From Eledone cirrhosa (Eukaryota), in contig OZ024740.1 in assembly GCA_964016885.1 (NCBI GenBank), forward strand, positions 139,314,001-139,378,000: a DNA stretch of 64,000 bases, in the 5' to 3' direction. Positions 60,620-64,000 of this stretch are shown here, in pieces. Positions within the stretch are counted from its first letter, which is position 1; each line of letters starts with the position of its first letter. A model generated the notes under the pieces. The model was not told where the DNA came from, did not search any database, and saw nothing but the letters and a program-made list of their open reading frames with translations. Both the position numbers and the translations under genes were made by a program.

Positions 60620-60948
60620 CACATACATACACACATACATAGACATATATGTACATACATACATATACATAGATACATACACACACATACATACATATAT
60701 ATATATACACACATAGACATATACATACATACACACACAACATACATACACACATATATACTCATACATAGAATTAGATATATAATCATACATACATACG
60801 CACTTACATATACTCATATATACAAATACAAACGCATCCATATATGCGTATATACATAGAAACACCACTACACCCTCACCCAACTCAGACATACAAAGAA
60901 AAAGGCATATACATATACATATATACACGCATTAATAGAGATATATAT

Positions 60949-60988
<40 letters not shown>

Positions 60989-61227
60989 ACTTATATACAT
61001 ATACCCACACACACATACAACCATAAATACACATACAAACACCCACATATATATATATATATACACATATATATATATATATACACACACATAAAAAACA
61101 GACATGCACATATATATATTTTTTTACACATATATATACACATATATATACATATACACACCCTCACATATACACACATACACATAAGTTATATTATAAT
61201 AATAAATAATATATATATACACATACA

Positions 61228-61282
<55 letters not shown>

Positions 61283-61544
61283 GAATATAGACATATATAC
61301 ACACACAGATATATATACATATATATATACACATACATATACACACACACACATATACACATTCACATATATATGTGTTTGCACACACACATATATATAT
61401 ACATACACACATATACACATAAACACATATATGTGTATACATGCACACACACACATATATCCACATAGATACGAAGATAGACATATAAATAGAGAGACAT
61501 ACATATATAAACACACACACATATACATACATACATACACACAC

Positions 61545-61615
<71 letters not shown>

Positions 61616-62942
61616 TACACACATACAGACATACACATACACATACATATACACATGCATATATACACATATACACATACATACACACATATATATATAC
61701 ACACACAATCTTACATTCTTATTTGCATGCGCATATATGTATTTTTATATTCAGATATAAATACGCAAATATATATACACCTACCTACATATATATTCAT
61801 ACATACACGCTTACAAACACAGATGATAATAGTATGGGGGAAAGGGGGGGGTTGGAGAAGGGGATTATAGTAAATATATGTTTCAAGAAACATAGAATAT
61901 TAACCGTATCTAGATCCAATGTATGTTTTTACATAGTATCAGTGTTAGGAAATACAATAAACAAGAAATAAGGCAAAATCTATGCATCTCAAAATAAATA
62001 AGTATACCATTAATTATATGTTAACTAAACTAAAGATAGTTAACATATTGATTTCTAAGGTGTAAATTAGTTAGTTTTATAATATTTGAAGCAGAGTTTT
62101 GAAGTTAAATAGTAGTAGAGTATTAATTATAGTATAACTAAATTAAAGTTAATAACTTTATGGTATCAATATTAGGAAATGAATTTAGTAATAGGGAAAA
62201 AACAAATAAAGTATTACATCGGTAGTAGAATATAAATTATAGGTTAATTAAATTAAAAATTATATATTTATTTCTATAGTATATGTTAATTAGGTATATA
62301 ATAAATAAAACAGATATTGTATTTTATCAATAGCAGAATATAATTATATGCAAATAGAAATCAAAATTAATACATATACATATACATATACATACACATA
62401 TATATATACATATATATACATATATATACACATATATACACATATATATACGCACACACATACACATACACATATATATATACATATTTTTTCAAAAATT
62501 GCAAAGAATATATTAACTAGGTATAAATCCAAAACACATCCCATTCTATGATTACATGACATTCTGCAATTCGTCTGTATAAGGATATTAATTTTAAGCC
62601 AATTAAATTAAATTTTTAGGTTGATTAAAATTAAAACCAAATTATAAATATATTTCTAAAATGTATATTAATTAGGTCTATAATACTAAAAATTATTTCT
62701 CTGTCATTGGATACACGATATTTTGTTATATTTTATCTGTAAAAGAATTATAATAAAAGGTTTAAATAAATTAAAATTAATCTATAAATTAAATTACTAA
62801 GTATATATTAGTAATATTTAAAGGTTTTACACAATTTATGATTACATAATATTTTATATTCTCATCTGTAATAGAATTTTAATTAAATTAAATTTATAGG
62901 TTAACTAACATTTAAATTAAATTAATTTCTAAAATAATGTTA

Positions 62943-64000
62943 TTAATTAGGTTTATAATATTTAAATGTTTTTTTTAGTTTATGATTACACGATATAATT
63001 AATTCCTGTCGTTTATTTAATAGGATATCCCTAGATTTCATTATTTCAAATAGTTCTTGGGAACATAATCTACATTCATTTCTATTATTTTGATAAGGGG
63101 TGGCTCTTTTGAGCACACTCCAGGTCAAATCATATTCTATATTCTTATTTTTATAACTATTGATTTTTTCTGCTAGAGATGTTGTATTAGCCAGTGCGGC
63201 ATTTTTAAAACTATGCTTGTGGGTATTAAACCTTGTCTTAAAATTGTTAGAGGTAGCTCCTATATATGAGCAAATAGAATCTTTAGTTTTAACATTACAT
63301 TTATAGACTATGTTGTTAACAAGACAATTCCCTTTTAATGGGCAGTTTGCTTTGTTTCTACAGTTACAACCTTTCGTTAATTCTGTATTTGAGGAGATAT
63401 TATGGTTAATTTGATGTACTAGTGGTATACTTATGGTTTTCTTACATTTATATGCATTATAGGCACTTATATTTTGTTTTATGTTATTTGTTGTAGAGTA
63501 TGAGAATTTAACTGTAGACCTATTTAAGATTTGATGGTATTTGTGGTTTGGCGGGAAGTTTTTCTCTAGGATATAAAAAATTTTTTTAGCAATATTATCC
63601 TTAATTTGTAAATTAAATGGAGCATTATACCAAGTAACCCGTCTATTACGGTTTCTATGTTGTTTATTATTTTTATTATTTTTATAGGTTGTATCGTGAT
63701 TTTTACTAGGAGGATTAATGTTAATGATCTCACCACAACCATTTTTAGTTATATTTGTAGATTTAGGTGTTTTATCCTTTTTATTAGGAGTTTTATTATT
63801 AATATTTATTAGAGTTGTATGATAAGTAGTTTTTTGAGAGTTACTATACTTTATATTAGAAGATTTGGTATTTTGGGGTATAGTGTGGGTGGCATTTAGG
63901 TGTGTACTTTTCATTTGGTGTTTGTTGGTAATATTAGGTTGTATGCTTTCAGTATTTTTAGTAGAAGGTATATATTCTAATCTATTTTTGTGGCCACTTC
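62943..64000 (-). CDS. PLE RT/GIY-YIG protein, copy 2, C-terminal part (5' end outside the window)
   Basis: The 323-aa ORF track entry is identical to the C-terminus of the 56144 ORF, and the frame stays open to the window edge. Confidence 0.9.
   Translation of the reverse strand, partial: SGHKNRLEYIPSTKNTESIQPNITNKHQMKSTHLNATHTIPQNTKSSNIKYSNSQKTTYHTTLININNKTPNKKDKTPKSTNITKNGCGEIININPPSKNHDTTYKNNKNNKQHRNRNRRVTWYNAPFNLQIKDNIAKKIFYILEKNFPPNHKYHQILNRSTVKFSYSTTNNIKQNISAYNAYKCKKTISIPLVHQINHNISSNTELTKGCNCRNKANCPLKGNCLVNNIVYKCNVKTKDSICSYIGATSNNFKTRFNTHKHSFKNAALANTTSLAEKINSYKNKNIEYDLTWSVLKRATPYQNNRNECRLCSQELFEIMKSRDILLNKRQELIISCNHKLKKTFKYYKPN

Larger units (their letters stand above)
58737..64000 (-). 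mobile_element. Penelope-like retroelement, tandem copy 2 (runs off the window)
   Basis: Near-identical to 51979-57200; differs by a few SNPs and microsatellite lengths. Confidence 0.92.

Overview
AT-rich, microsatellite-saturated animal genomic DNA. The SINE/LINE repertoire and very long (TA)n tracts suggest an octopus-like cephalopod, which is an inference. A 200-N assembly gap lies at 35935-36134. Nearly all supplied ORFs are translations of microsatellites and no host gene can be called with confidence. The one intact coding sequence is an ~813-aa Penelope-like retroelement (PLE) RT plus C-terminal GIY-YIG protein (56144-58585, minus strand). It sits in a ~6.76-kb head-to-tail tandem unit, and each unit carries a type I hammerhead ribozyme (HHR) with an unusually long stem II. 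The main hidden signal is a set of non-coding HHR elements inserted into (TA)n. The clearest is an array of 7 near-identical 310-bp units (43290-45482), each with a minimal HHR and extensive hairpins, i.e. a retrozyme-like circular-RNA element. There is also a decayed 332-bp relative, an intact long-stem-II HHR at ~48.0 kb, and several other families with variant or decayed cores and PLE-style fold-back/tandem arrangements. Also present: non-autonomous Helitrons, an internally deleted mariner, RTE-like, Tx1/L1-like and RLE-type LINE remnants, and many tRNA-derived SINEs. All RNA structures were paired by eye, not computed.
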